Below are positions 20,311 through 29,338 of a DNA stretch of 64,000 bases, in pieces. The notes under the pieces are model-generated. The model was not told where the DNA came from, ran no database searches, and saw only the letters and a list, made by a program, of their open reading frames with translations. A program made the translations under genes and the position numbers. Origin of the DNA: Chloroflexota bacterium (GTDB lineage Bacteria > Chloroflexota > UBA11872 > VXNJ01); NCBI GenBank assembly GCA_965261345.1, contig OZ253449.1:896001-960000 (forward strand). Reading direction: 5' to 3'. Position 1 is the first letter of the stretch. Every line of letters begins with the position of its first letter.

Positions 20311-21039
20311 AAACCAGGTGCGGTCAAAGTCCCCCTGGTCGACCGCCAGTTCGCCAATCGACTCACCGTCAATCGAGATTTGCAAAGCAGAGGCGTTGTC
20401 GGTCCTGAGCCGCGCCGATTCGATTCCCGCCCAGGTGTGGATTTCGCCGGCGGCCACTTCGCTGCTAAATACCGTCTGCCCATCGACGATCGCCTCTACA
20501 AATGCCGCTTCCCGGGCGGCGATCGAGAGCACCACGGTTGCGGTTGGAACGGCCCCTTCGGCCGATTCAAAGGCCGGGGCCACCGGCAGTTGAGTTGGCG
20601 ACGGTGGAACTGTTGGGTCTGAGGGCGTGTCGCTCCCCCGGCCAAGCAAGAGCAGCGCGATCGCGATCAGCCCGAGCGCCAGCACCAAAAGCGCCGGGGT
20701 CACGACCCTTGAACTGGGGCGCCAACCATAGGTTTGCGGGCTCAGGTTGATCGCCTCGACCTGCGTACCGCCCTGGCTTACCAAGGCTTCCAGCGCAGCA
20801 GTCGGATCGGCCTCCAATCCGCGTGCGAAAACGCGGATGTGTCCGACATCGTAGGCGCGATAGGGGGGTGGATGAAATTCGTCGTTCTCAAGCCCGGCAA
20901 TTCGCTCCGGGCGCAGGTGAGTAAGCACCGCCAATTGTTCTAGTGAATAGCCTCGCGCCTGCCGCAGATCACGCAGGATCTGGCCAACCGTGGGCGCGGT
21001 CTCCGGCGGTTGTGGAAGGTCGGGGGAGACGTCAGCCAC
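20299..21039 (-). CDS. rodZ: RodZ-like protein (N-terminal HTH, TM, DUF4115-like C-terminus)
   Basis: VGQILRDLRQARGYSLEQLA..T.LR...IAGLENDEF HTH, one TM, DGQTVFS..GE..TW...LRTDNASALQI; GTG start overlaps the upstream stop. Confidence 0.75.
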   Translation of the reverse strand: MADVSPDLPQPPETAPTVGQILRDLRQARGYSLEQLAVLTHLRPERIAGLENDEFHPPPYRAYDVGHIRVFARGLEADPTAALEALVSQGGTQVEAINLSPQTYGWRPSSRVVTPALLVLALGLIAIALLLLGRGSDTPSDPTVPPSPTQLPVAPAFESAEGAVPTATVVLSIAAREAAFVEAIVDGQTVFSSEVAAGEIHTWAGIESARLRTDNASALQISIDGESIGELAVDQGDFDRTWFPAG

Positions 21040-22585
21040 GGTCTTCTTCAGCCAGTTCGAACCGGTGGATCGCGAGCAGTTCGACACCCAATCCGGCCAG
21101 GGCGGGATCTTGAGCGGACACGGCGACAACGCTCTCGAGGACCGACTCAATCCCGTCCCGCAGGCGCTCGGTGGCGCCGGCCGGATCGGCATCAAATTCG
21201 GCCATCAAACGGGCCTCCTGCAGGGTTTTGGTGAGCAAATCAGAGCTTGCCTGGGAGGCTATCAATTCCGGGCCCGGTGATCGCAGGGCAGCTTGGGCGT
21301 AGGCCCGCGAATCCTTGATCACGTAGCTAAATTCGGCCGCAACTGTCGCGACGGCATCGTTTTCGGCGGTCCCGATCTCGGCCTGGGCAGAAAGCACATT
21401 ATCGAATCGATTGACATTGAGGCGACGGGTGAAAGGCTGCGGCAGCGCCCAGAACCAACCCGGTCCGTCAACGCTGATCGCCGCATCCGACCCGGCGAAG
21501 TCAACTCCGGTCGTGCGCTGGCGGGTCAAGTCGACGTAGTTTATTGATCCCGGTGGCTGCCAAACACCGTTGGTTCGAACTATTTCGAATTGATCGTCGG
21601 CCAGTCGAAATATGCCCGCCATGCCGAAGAGCACGACGGCGATGACGATTCCACCGATCGGTGCCCCCAGCATCCGAGCCCGGCCGGAGCCGCGGCGCGC
21701 GGCAAGCGGATCGTAGTCGGCCAGGATCGCGTCGATGCGCGGTTGGGTTCGAGCCGAAAGCGCGTTATGAGCCTCGGCGGCAAGAAAGACCCGCCGGGCG
21801 AGATCGCCGTAGCATTCCGCCGCCGGGCCACCCTGGTAGCTGCGCGAGAGCGCCGCCAACCGCTCTAGCACGCTCGACACCCGCCGCGCGTCAGACCGCG
21901 GAATACTTCTACGCCCCCCGACCAGGGACCGGCATTCATTGATAAGATCTGCCGCGGCATCTTGGAATTGAGGATCGAGCGGTCCGGAATCGACAATGTC
22001 CTTCAGGTTGTCGATGGCAAACCGAGGGGCCGGACGTTTCTGTTTAAAATGCCGGCTCAAAAGTGCCGCGCTAGGGATCAAGCAGATGACCGCAGCCAGC
22101 GGTAGGCCGCCCAGGCTGGCCCCGGCCGAGCCGACGAACTCGGCCAGCGGGGCCGCGGCGGTGGACAGGCGGGCCAGTTGCAGCCCGGCCGCCCCCAGCA
22201 GGGAAGCAATCAGAAACGGCGATCCGAGGGCGACGATTAACAGGTACCAGGTCTGGCCATTGCGGCGGCGGCGGGCGGCGGCGGCGGCGGCCCTGATCGC
22301 TCGTTCATGCTCGATCAGGCGAGCCTTGTCGGAGTCAAATTGGCTGCTTTGCAACCCGCGCGACGGCCGGCCGGAGATGAGCGCCTCAAGCACTGCGTTG
22401 CGATTGTGGGCCAACAGCCAACCGGATGCGAGCGGGTTCGGCACCGCCACATAGTCGGCGCCAGGCCGCACGGGCGGCGGCGATTTAGGGGTCGGGTCGT
22501 CGGGTGGTGCAGGGTCGATGCCGATCGGCTCGGCGACCTCTTCTGACTCAACCTCGATTACTTCAAAGTCTTCGCCATCGCGCAT
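21032..22585 (-). CDS. Hypothetical membrane protein with a C-terminal SPFH/HflK-like domain
   Basis: Three hydrophobic segments; GPGWFWALPQPF, TAENDAVATVAAEFSYVIKD, LGVELLAI resemble band-7 motifs. Confidence 0.55.
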   Translation of the reverse strand: MRDGEDFEVIEVESEEVAEPIGIDPAPPDDPTPKSPPPVRPGADYVAVPNPLASGWLLAHNRNAVLEALISGRPSRGLQSSQFDSDKARLIEHERAIRAAAAAARRRRNGQTWYLLIVALGSPFLIASLLGAAGLQLARLSTAAAPLAEFVGSAGASLGGLPLAAVICLIPSAALLSRHFKQKRPAPRFAIDNLKDIVDSGPLDPQFQDAAADLINECRSLVGGRRSIPRSDARRVSSVLERLAALSRSYQGGPAAECYGDLARRVFLAAEAHNALSARTQPRIDAILADYDPLAARRGSGRARMLGAPIGGIVIAVVLFGMAGIFRLADDQFEIVRTNGVWQPPGSINYVDLTRQRTTGVDFAGSDAAISVDGPGWFWALPQPFTRRLNVNRFDNVLSAQAEIGTAENDAVATVAAEFSYVIKDSRAYAQAALRSPGPELIASQASSDLLTKTLQEARLMAEFDADPAGATERLRDGIESVLESVVAVSAQDPALAGLGVELLAIHRFELAEEDRG

Positions 22586-22587
22586 CT

Positions 22588-23637
22588 TCAGGGCCGATCC
22601 AAGATCCCGCCGGCCGACCCGGCAATCAATGCCGAGACCGCAACCAGCAGAAAGTTGGCGCGTCGCGCCGGATCGTAGGCCGTCGCATAGGCGCTCAATG
22701 CGGCGGCGCCAAGTCGGTGCTGGGCAAATGCCGTCGGGCTAAGATCTTCGGCGGCCGGGGTCAGATCCAGATATACACCGGGTTCGGCCGGGACCAAACC
22801 GCTGGCAAAGGCCGCACGCAATTGCTCGAGGTCCTCGATGAAGTTGACCGCCAGCTCTCCTTCGCACAGCTTTTTGGGGATCACCGAATAACGCCGGCGC
22901 TGGCTTCCAAACCGCAGTTGGGTTGAGAGAAAGCGAGCGATCGACTGCTCACGCCAGCCATCAAGCAGACGGCGCGAGCGGGCGTAACCACGGCGCGCCG
23001 GCGAGCGGAACCAGCCGCCCGCAAAGGCGTTGGCCAGCTCGGTTTCCAGCTGCCCTATCTTCTCCGGCCCCAGTTCGCTCTTTATCGTGGCGAACCCTTC
23101 CTGCCCTCCCATCCCGACGGCGCCTCCGGCATCGCGCAGCGCCAGCAGGCAGTCGGGCCGCGTTGCGGCCAGGTGCGAGGTCAAGGATCGCCACAGACCG
23201 CTTGCCCCGGGCGCCGTCCCGCGGGCGAGCGCCCCGCCCATGTGGGCTCCCGCAACCGGTGTGTTGGACCGCCCCCCGTCCCCCGATTCGACTATCTGGG
23301 TAACGTAGACCCGCACCAGACAGGCGTGCAGCAATCGTTGGCGGTCGGTTGATCCCGATGCCAGAGCCCTGAGCAACCCGCGCGCGGCCACTTTTTCCGA
23401 AACCGTGGGCGCAACCGGGGCGATCTCGATCGCCAGTGAACGGCCCGCCGCGCCGGCGCCGATCGAGTGGACCTGCAGTTGGACTGACAGCCCGGGAAAG
23501 ATCGGGACATTGGCCAAGGTTTCAACCTCAAACGCCGACTCGATTTCGTCGGCTTGCGACCGCCAGGCCGGTTCGGACAGCAACTGCTTGAACAGATCCC
23601 CGTGGACAACCGGAATCCGGAGGTTTCCTTCGACCAT
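22588..23637 (-). CDS. Hypothetical protein
   Basis: 349-aa ORF tightly packed in an operon (2-5 bp gaps); no recognised motif. Confidence 0.6.
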   Translation of the reverse strand: MVEGNLRIPVVHGDLFKQLLSEPAWRSQADEIESAFEVETLANVPIFPGLSVQLQVHSIGAGAAGRSLAIEIAPVAPTVSEKVAARGLLRALASGSTDRQRLLHACLVRVYVTQIVESGDGGRSNTPVAGAHMGGALARGTAPGASGLWRSLTSHLAATRPDCLLALRDAGGAVGMGGQEGFATIKSELGPEKIGQLETELANAFAGGWFRSPARRGYARSRRLLDGWREQSIARFLSTQLRFGSQRRRYSVIPKKLCEGELAVNFIEDLEQLRAAFASGLVPAEPGVYLDLTPAAEDLSPTAFAQHRLGAAALSAYATAYDPARRANFLLVAVSALIAGSAGGILDRP

Positions 23638-23642
23638 ATCGG

Positions 23643-24374
23643 CTAACCCGAGAGCTGGTCGGTTGGGCCAGCCGGTTCGAAAGCACCTTCAATTACGTCT
23701 TCGGAACCGGGTTGATTGTCGGTTGGCGCCGCGCTCAAATCGGCCTCCAGCAGCGGACGGTCCAACCCGGCCGCCGGGGGTAGCCAGACCCCCGGAAGCT
23801 GGTCCGGTCGCAGACCGTGCGGCCGGGCCGAAACCTGCCAATAGATGGCCTCAGCTTCAGGAAGGGCCAGGCCTTTGGCCATTGCACCAGCGGCCAGATA
23901 GGCAACCCGCTCGTCTGGCTCATCCGCGAACACCTCGGTCAATCTGGCCAACCCAATGTGCGCCGAACGCTCGGCCGGGCGGGGGTCAAGCAGTTGGCGA
24001 TTCCAGATTCTTGGCGGGCAACGGCGCAGGCGCAGCAGGCACTTACCGAGCAACCACAGTCCAGCCAGGGCCGGAATCGCCAGGCCCTGAGCCGAAACGA
24101 TTAGACCCAGGCCAAGCGCCAGGTCGTACCAGTTACGGCCGATCGTCCGGCGGCGGCGGCTGGGTCGCGGTCCCGGTCGATTTGCCAACCAGTTCGCCCG
24201 AATCTGGGTGCGGGCCGCAAGTTCAACTGCCGGCCAGTCAACCCGATCATCGCCGCCAAAGCAGATCCGAACCGTCAGCGGGGTTGGGGCGTCAGCGAGC
24301 AACCGGCGGGAAGCCGATGTCAGGGTGACCCAACTGCCCTGGGCAAGCGGAATCACCAGACAGACGATTTCCAA
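23643..24374 (-). CDS. Hypothetical membrane protein
   Basis: 243-aa ORF with a central hydrophobic hairpin; operon-packed. Confidence 0.55.
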   Translation of the reverse strand: MEIVCLVIPLAQGSWVTLTSASRRLLADAPTPLTVRICFGGDDRVDWPAVELAARTQIRANWLANRPGPRPSRRRRTIGRNWYDLALGLGLIVSAQGLAIPALAGLWLLGKCLLRLRRCPPRIWNRQLLDPRPAERSAHIGLARLTEVFADEPDERVAYLAAGAMAKGLALPEAEAIYWQVSARPHGLRPDQLPGVWLPPAAGLDRPLLEADLSAAPTDNQPGSEDVIEGAFEPAGPTDQLSG

Positions 24375-24965
24375 TTAATCGGCTCGAAACCGCAGCGCCG
24401 GCTGGCCGGAGGAGTTGCGCATGGCCCGGTAAAAAGCGGCCGCTTCCACCCAACCGGCATTTAGCGCAGCATACTCAAAATCAATGGTGTTGGGGGCCTC
24501 CAGGGTTGCCGTCTGCGACCAGATTCGACCGATCCGCTGGACCGCGGCCCCATCCATCCCCGATGTGACGCCCACCACCCGGCCTGGATGCGGTGGGCGC
24601 AACAAAATTCGTGCTATCAACCGCAGGCCGGAGGGCAGAAATGCAAATGCGGTGGCCACAAGCAGCACCGGCAATATCGCTTGCCCCGACTCAACGAAAT
24701 GGTAGGCCAGCAGCGCCAGCAGCGCCAGCTCGGCCAGGGCCACAAGTGCCAGTCCAGCCGCACCGTCGATCCTGGGTGATGGCGCCCTTGCCACCCGATC
24801 GCAAAACTCAGCGCGCAGGCAGTCGACTTCGCCGGGTGAAAGCTGGAATGGCGCGTAAACCTCAAGTCGAATGTCACCGCTGGGCAGCACGGCGGGGCGA
24901 TCGAACATGACCGCCGCGCCGGTTTCGGTCGGCAATACGTAGGCATTGGCAGGATTTGCGGTCAA
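24375..24965 (-). CDS. Hypothetical membrane protein
   Basis: 196-aa ORF with two TM helices; first gene of the operon. Confidence 0.6.
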   Translation of the reverse strand: MTANPANAYVLPTETGAAVMFDRPAVLPSGDIRLEVYAPFQLSPGEVDCLRAEFCDRVARAPSPRIDGAAGLALVALAELALLALLAYHFVESGQAILPVLLVATAFAFLPSGLRLIARILLRPPHPGRVVGVTSGMDGAAVQRIGRIWSQTATLEAPNTIDFEYAALNAGWVEAAAFYRAMRNSSGQPALRFRAD

Positions 24966-25107
24966 GCGCTAATTTCCGTCTTCAATCGTTTCGGAAAACC
25001 TAAAGTGTCCCGCTGCCGAACTACCCGCTAGGAGGAGGGCAAGATAATCATCGTTAGAGAATCGCTCGCAAAAATTCTCGCATCGGCGTTCCAGGTTCAG
25101 GACTCAA

Positions 25108-27054
25108 GTGAAGCTACCGGGCAATTCCCAACCCGATTTCGATGTCATCGTGGTCGGCGGCGGTCATTCCGGCTGCGAGGCGGCATTGGCGGCCGCCCGC
25201 CTGGGTGCGTCCACGGTCCTGGTAACCCAGAATCCCCGCAAGGTTGCAACGATGCCCTGCAACCCTTCGGTTGGCGGACCGGCCAAGGGTCACCTGGTGC
25301 GCGAAATTGACGCCCTGGGTGGGCAGATGGGTCGCAATAGCGATCGTACCCAGCTGCAGATGCGAACCCTCAATACCGGCAAGGGGCCGGCGGTGCGGGC
25401 CCTGCGGGCCCAGTGCGACAAGGCCCTCTATTCGGAGGCGATGGGCCGCGCCTTGCGGGCCTGTCCCGGCCTGACCCTTGACGCCAGCATGGTCGAGCAG
25501 CTCAGCTGGCAGACCGCCGGTCAGGGCGGCTGGCGGGTAAATGGGGTAATCACTGCCACCGGCCGTTTGATATCGGGAAGGTCGGTGGTGATTACGACCG
25601 GCACTTTTCTGCGCGGCCGAATCGTAATGGGTCAACAGGTTTTCCACGCCGGGCGGGCGGGCGAACCAGCCGCATTCGGGATATCTGCCGATCTGGCCGA
25701 ACACGGATTCGAGCTGGGCCGACTAAAAACCGGGACGCCGCCGCGGATTGCGGCCGAGAGCATAGATTTTTCAAAGACCCAAATCCAGCCCGGATCGCCC
25801 GAACCGCTGTATTTTTCATTTCTCGGCGCCGATCGGGATTGCCTGGCGGAAGATCCGTCGCCGGTCTATCCCGGAGTGCGCCGGCATTCCTGGGCGCTGC
25901 AAATGCCCTGTTACGGGGTGCACACCAATCCGGCCACCCATCAGCTCATCGCCGCAAACCTGCATCGCGCACCAATGTACAACGGGACGATCGCCGGGAT
26001 CGGGCCGCGCTACTGTCCCTCAATCGAGGACAAGATCGTCCGGTTCGCCCAGAAATCGTCGCACCAACTGTTCCTCGAACCCGAGGGGTTCGCCTCCGAG
26101 CAGGTTTATGTGCAGGGCGCCAATACTTCACTTCCGGCCGACGTGCAAGACCAGCTGCTGCGCACGATTCCCGCCCTGGCCGGGGTAAAGGTGCTCCGCC
26201 ATGGATACGCCATCGAATACGACTTTGTGCGCCCACACCAGATTCACCCGAGCCTGGCCACCCGATCGACGCGGGGACTTTACCTGGCCGGCCAGATCAA
26301 CGGCACCACCGGCTATGAAGAGGCCGCCGCCCAGGGTCTGCTGGCAGGTGTTAATGCGGCCTTGAGCGCACACGAGAAGGAGCCGTTGACCATCGGGCGT
26401 GACCAGGGCTACATCGGGGTGATGATCGACGATCTGGTCACCAAGGACATTGACGAACCCTACCGACTGCATACCTCGCGGGCCGAATACCGACTGCTGC
26501 TGCGTCAGGACAACGCCGATCGGCGGCTCACTCCGCTGGCCGCCCGCATCGGTCTGGCGAGCCGTGATCGCTTAGACAAATTGGCGATCAAGGAGTCTGC
26601 GATAGCTGCGGCCGAAGGCTGGATGCACGCAGCCCGGATTCGGCCCGAACAAGTAAACGACTATCTGGCCGGGATCGGGTCCGATCCGATCCGCGAGCCG
26701 GTGCCGGCTCGCCGATTGCTGGGACGCAGCCGGGTTCGCCTCAACGATCTGGCCCGCCTGGCCGGCAGGATGCCGTTTGCCGACGCGGCGGCCGAGCAGG
26801 TGGAACTTGCCGCCACCTACGGCGGATATATCAAGCAGCAGATGGCCCAGGTTGCGCGCGTCCAGGCCCAGGAAAACGCAACCCTGCCACAGTGGCTAGA
26901 TTACGGTGAAATTTCTGGTCTCCGGACCGAGGCCCGGCAAAAACTCGAACGCTATCGTCCGGCAACCCTCGGGCAGGCCGGGCGCCTGGCGGGAGTTACC
27001 GCCGCCGACCTGGCAGTACTGCTGGTCATCCTGCGCAGGAGCGAGGCCGCCTAG
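25108..27054 (+). CDS. mnmG: tRNA uridine-5-carboxymethylaminomethyl modification enzyme
   Basis: VVGGGHSGCEAA, MPCNPSVGG, RLKTGTPPR, GPRYCPSIEDK, AGQINGTTGYEEAA. Confidence 0.98.
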   Translation: MKLPGNSQPDFDVIVVGGGHSGCEAALAAARLGASTVLVTQNPRKVATMPCNPSVGGPAKGHLVREIDALGGQMGRNSDRTQLQMRTLNTGKGPAVRALRAQCDKALYSEAMGRALRACPGLTLDASMVEQLSWQTAGQGGWRVNGVITATGRLISGRSVVITTGTFLRGRIVMGQQVFHAGRAGEPAAFGISADLAEHGFELGRLKTGTPPRIAAESIDFSKTQIQPGSPEPLYFSFLGADRDCLAEDPSPVYPGVRRHSWALQMPCYGVHTNPATHQLIAANLHRAPMYNGTIAGIGPRYCPSIEDKIVRFAQKSSHQLFLEPEGFASEQVYVQGANTSLPADVQDQLLRTIPALAGVKVLRHGYAIEYDFVRPHQIHPSLATRSTRGLYLAGQINGTTGYEEAAAQGLLAGVNAALSAHEKEPLTIGRDQGYIGVMIDDLVTKDIDEPYRLHTSRAEYRLLLRQDNADRRLTPLAARIGLASRDRLDKLAIKESAIAAAEGWMHAARIRPEQVNDYLAGIGSDPIREPVPARRLLGRSRVRLNDLARLAGRMPFADAAAEQVELAATYGGYIKQQMAQVARVQAQENATLPQWLDYGEISGLRTEARQKLERYRPATLGQAGRLAGVTAADLAVLLVILRRSEAA

Positions 27055-27680
27055 GTCGGGCGGTTGTAACCCGGCGTGGCCCGCCGGGTCTGGGCCACAA
27101 AGGCCTGGTTGATCGGGCGCGCCGCAACGATTGCCGGAGAACCGGACGAGAGGTCAAGTAGATAGGCCAGGTGCTCGGGCAGGCCGGCTGAAAGCAGTTT
27201 GATCTGCACCTCCAGCGCCCCGCGGCACCCGAAATCGGCAATGTCTGCGCCCGCGTCCGAAAAGAGACCCACCAGATCCTGGCCGCCCTCAACCTGTCCG
27301 GCCAGAACCAGGCAGACTTGGCCGCCCACTTCCAAATGCACCAGATCGACCAGGCCCTTGTCGTCATCTAGGAAAAGTCCACGCCGTACGTCGCCGACTA
27401 AGTCGGCCCCGCTTTCAGCATCACGGAAGCTGAGCATGGCCTTCAGGTTGGGAAAACCCAACCGCGGGCGCGGGCCGATCGGCAGGCCGAACAAACGCCG
27501 TCGCGCTTGGGCGGTAAACCGGATGCCGGCCAGATCGGCCTTTGCGCTGCCGCCGCCGGGCACTGGGATCTCAACGGCGCCGCCAACAAACGGGGCGACC
27601 GCAACCGTCGCGTAGTTGCCGGCCACCGCCCCGCGCGCCGGCGCGTTGGGGTAGTCGACGGTCAGCTTGCCAAATTCCAC
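27051..27680 (-). CDS. Hypothetical protein
   Basis: 209-aa ORF with an AAGGAG RBS before GTG; convergent with mnmG. Confidence 0.65.
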   Translation of the reverse strand: MEFGKLTVDYPNAPARGAVAGNYATVAVAPFVGGAVEIPVPGGGSAKADLAGIRFTAQARRRLFGLPIGPRPRLGFPNLKAMLSFRDAESGADLVGDVRRGLFLDDDKGLVDLVHLEVGGQVCLVLAGQVEGGQDLVGLFSDAGADIADFGCRGALEVQIKLLSAGLPEHLAYLLDLSSGSPAIVAARPINQAFVAQTRRATPGYNRPT

Positions 27681-27844
27681 GACGGCTCCTTATGGTAACT
27701 TTCGTTAGTTTTTCGACGATTATTTGCAGTCGGCGGCCTGCGCCCGGTCCTTTTTCTCCAAAAAACGCTGGCGGCAATCCGGCCCCGTAATATGGATTCT
27801 CGCCTCATTACCTGTTGCCCCGGCAAGCGGAGACAGCCCTGCAA

Positions 27845-29308
27845 ATGCCCAAATCGCGCCCCAACATCCTCTTCGTCATCACCGACCAGCAGCGCTACGA
27901 CACCGTTAATGCGCTCGGTTTTGAATACATGGACACCCCGGTCCAGGATCGACTGGTAAATGAGGGAGTGGCGTTTTCGGGATGCCATGTGAACGCCCCA
28001 TCCTGCGGCCCGTCGCGCGCCTCGCTGTTTAGCGGCCTCTGGCCGCACAACTCGGGAGCGCTAAATAATCAGCAAACCTGGCCTCGGACCTGGGTAAAGG
28101 ATCTGTCCGATTCGGGCTACTACTGCGTCAACGTCGGCAAGATGCACGCCTGGCCGTTCTGGGGCATGCATGGGTTTCACGAACGATTCGTCGTGGAAAA
28201 CAAGCAGCGCCACTATGCCGAACGCCGTTGGACCGGCAATGATCTTACCTATTTCGACGAATGGGACAAGGCGCTCTGGCGGGCAGGGACACGCCGCAAA
28301 GAGTACCACGACCTGATCGAATGGCCCGATATCAAGGGCAAGTTGGGCGCTTACGACTGGTGGGAAGCCGATGAGCTGCATTCCGACGTATTCGTCGGCG
28401 ATATGGCCACACGCTGGCTGGACAATCTCCCCGAGACCGACCAGCCGCTATTCCTTGAAGTCGGATTCCCGGGTCCGCACCCGCCATTTGACCCGATCAA
28501 ACGCTATGCCGATGCGTACAAAGACCGCGACATTCCGATGCTGGAGGTCACCGAGGAGGAGATGGACAACCAACCGGAAGCATTAAAGAAGTTCCGCAAG
28601 ATTCACGAGGAACGCTTCGCCGATTCGATCTATTTCGACCCGCGCGCCTCGCACGAGGAGCGGCAGCGGCAGCGCGCCTATTACATGGCCAACGTGACCA
28701 TGATCGACGAGAAGGTCGGGCAGATCCTGGATGCGATCGAGCAGCGCTGGTCGCTAGCGGACTGGATGATCATATTCACTTCCGACCACGGCGAGCAGCT
28801 TGGCGATCACGGATTGTCAGAAAAATGGGTCATGTACGATCAATCGGTGCGGGTCCCGCTGATCATCAGCGCCCCGGGCCGGATTAAAAGCGGCCGTAAG
28901 GTCGATGATTTGGTGCAGCTGTTCGACATCGGCCCGACGATCCTGGAATTTGCCGGGGTCGAAATACCCGGTCATTTCGAGGCCCAATCGTTAGTCGGAT
29001 TGCTTGAGGGCAGCGAGGGCGCCAGCGGTCGGGAATACGTGTTCTCCGAACACGCCCGCGATCCGATGCTCTCCATGGTCGAGCACGAAATGATGGTGCG
29101 AAATCGCGACTGGAAGCTGGTTGAGTTCCTGGGCGAAGAAGACGGCCAGCTGTACGATCTGGCGGCCGATCCCGATGAGCTGGTAAACCTCTGGCATAAC
29201 GCAGGTCACGCCGCCAAAAAAGCCGAGCTGCGCGAGGTCCTCCACCGGTGGTTCATCCGCTCGACGATCAACGCCACCACGTCACGGGTTCCGGAAATTA
29301 CCAGCTGA
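27845..29308 (+). CDS. Sulfatase (formylglycine-dependent, choline-sulfatase-like)
   Basis: PNILFVITDQQR, CGPSRASLFSG (CxPxR), GKMH, PHPPF, FTSDHGE. Confidence 0.93.
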   Translation: MPKSRPNILFVITDQQRYDTVNALGFEYMDTPVQDRLVNEGVAFSGCHVNAPSCGPSRASLFSGLWPHNSGALNNQQTWPRTWVKDLSDSGYYCVNVGKMHAWPFWGMHGFHERFVVENKQRHYAERRWTGNDLTYFDEWDKALWRAGTRRKEYHDLIEWPDIKGKLGAYDWWEADELHSDVFVGDMATRWLDNLPETDQPLFLEVGFPGPHPPFDPIKRYADAYKDRDIPMLEVTEEEMDNQPEALKKFRKIHEERFADSIYFDPRASHEERQRQRAYYMANVTMIDEKVGQILDAIEQRWSLADWMIIFTSDHGEQLGDHGLSEKWVMYDQSVRVPLIISAPGRIKSGRKVDDLVQLFDIGPTILEFAGVEIPGHFEAQSLVGLLEGSEGASGREYVFSEHARDPMLSMVEHEMMVRNRDWKLVEFLGEEDGQLYDLAADPDELVNLWHNAGHAAKKAELREVLHRWFIRSTINATTSRVPEITS

Positions 29309-29338
29309 GCGGGCACGCCGGCTCCGCACCGCGAGGGC

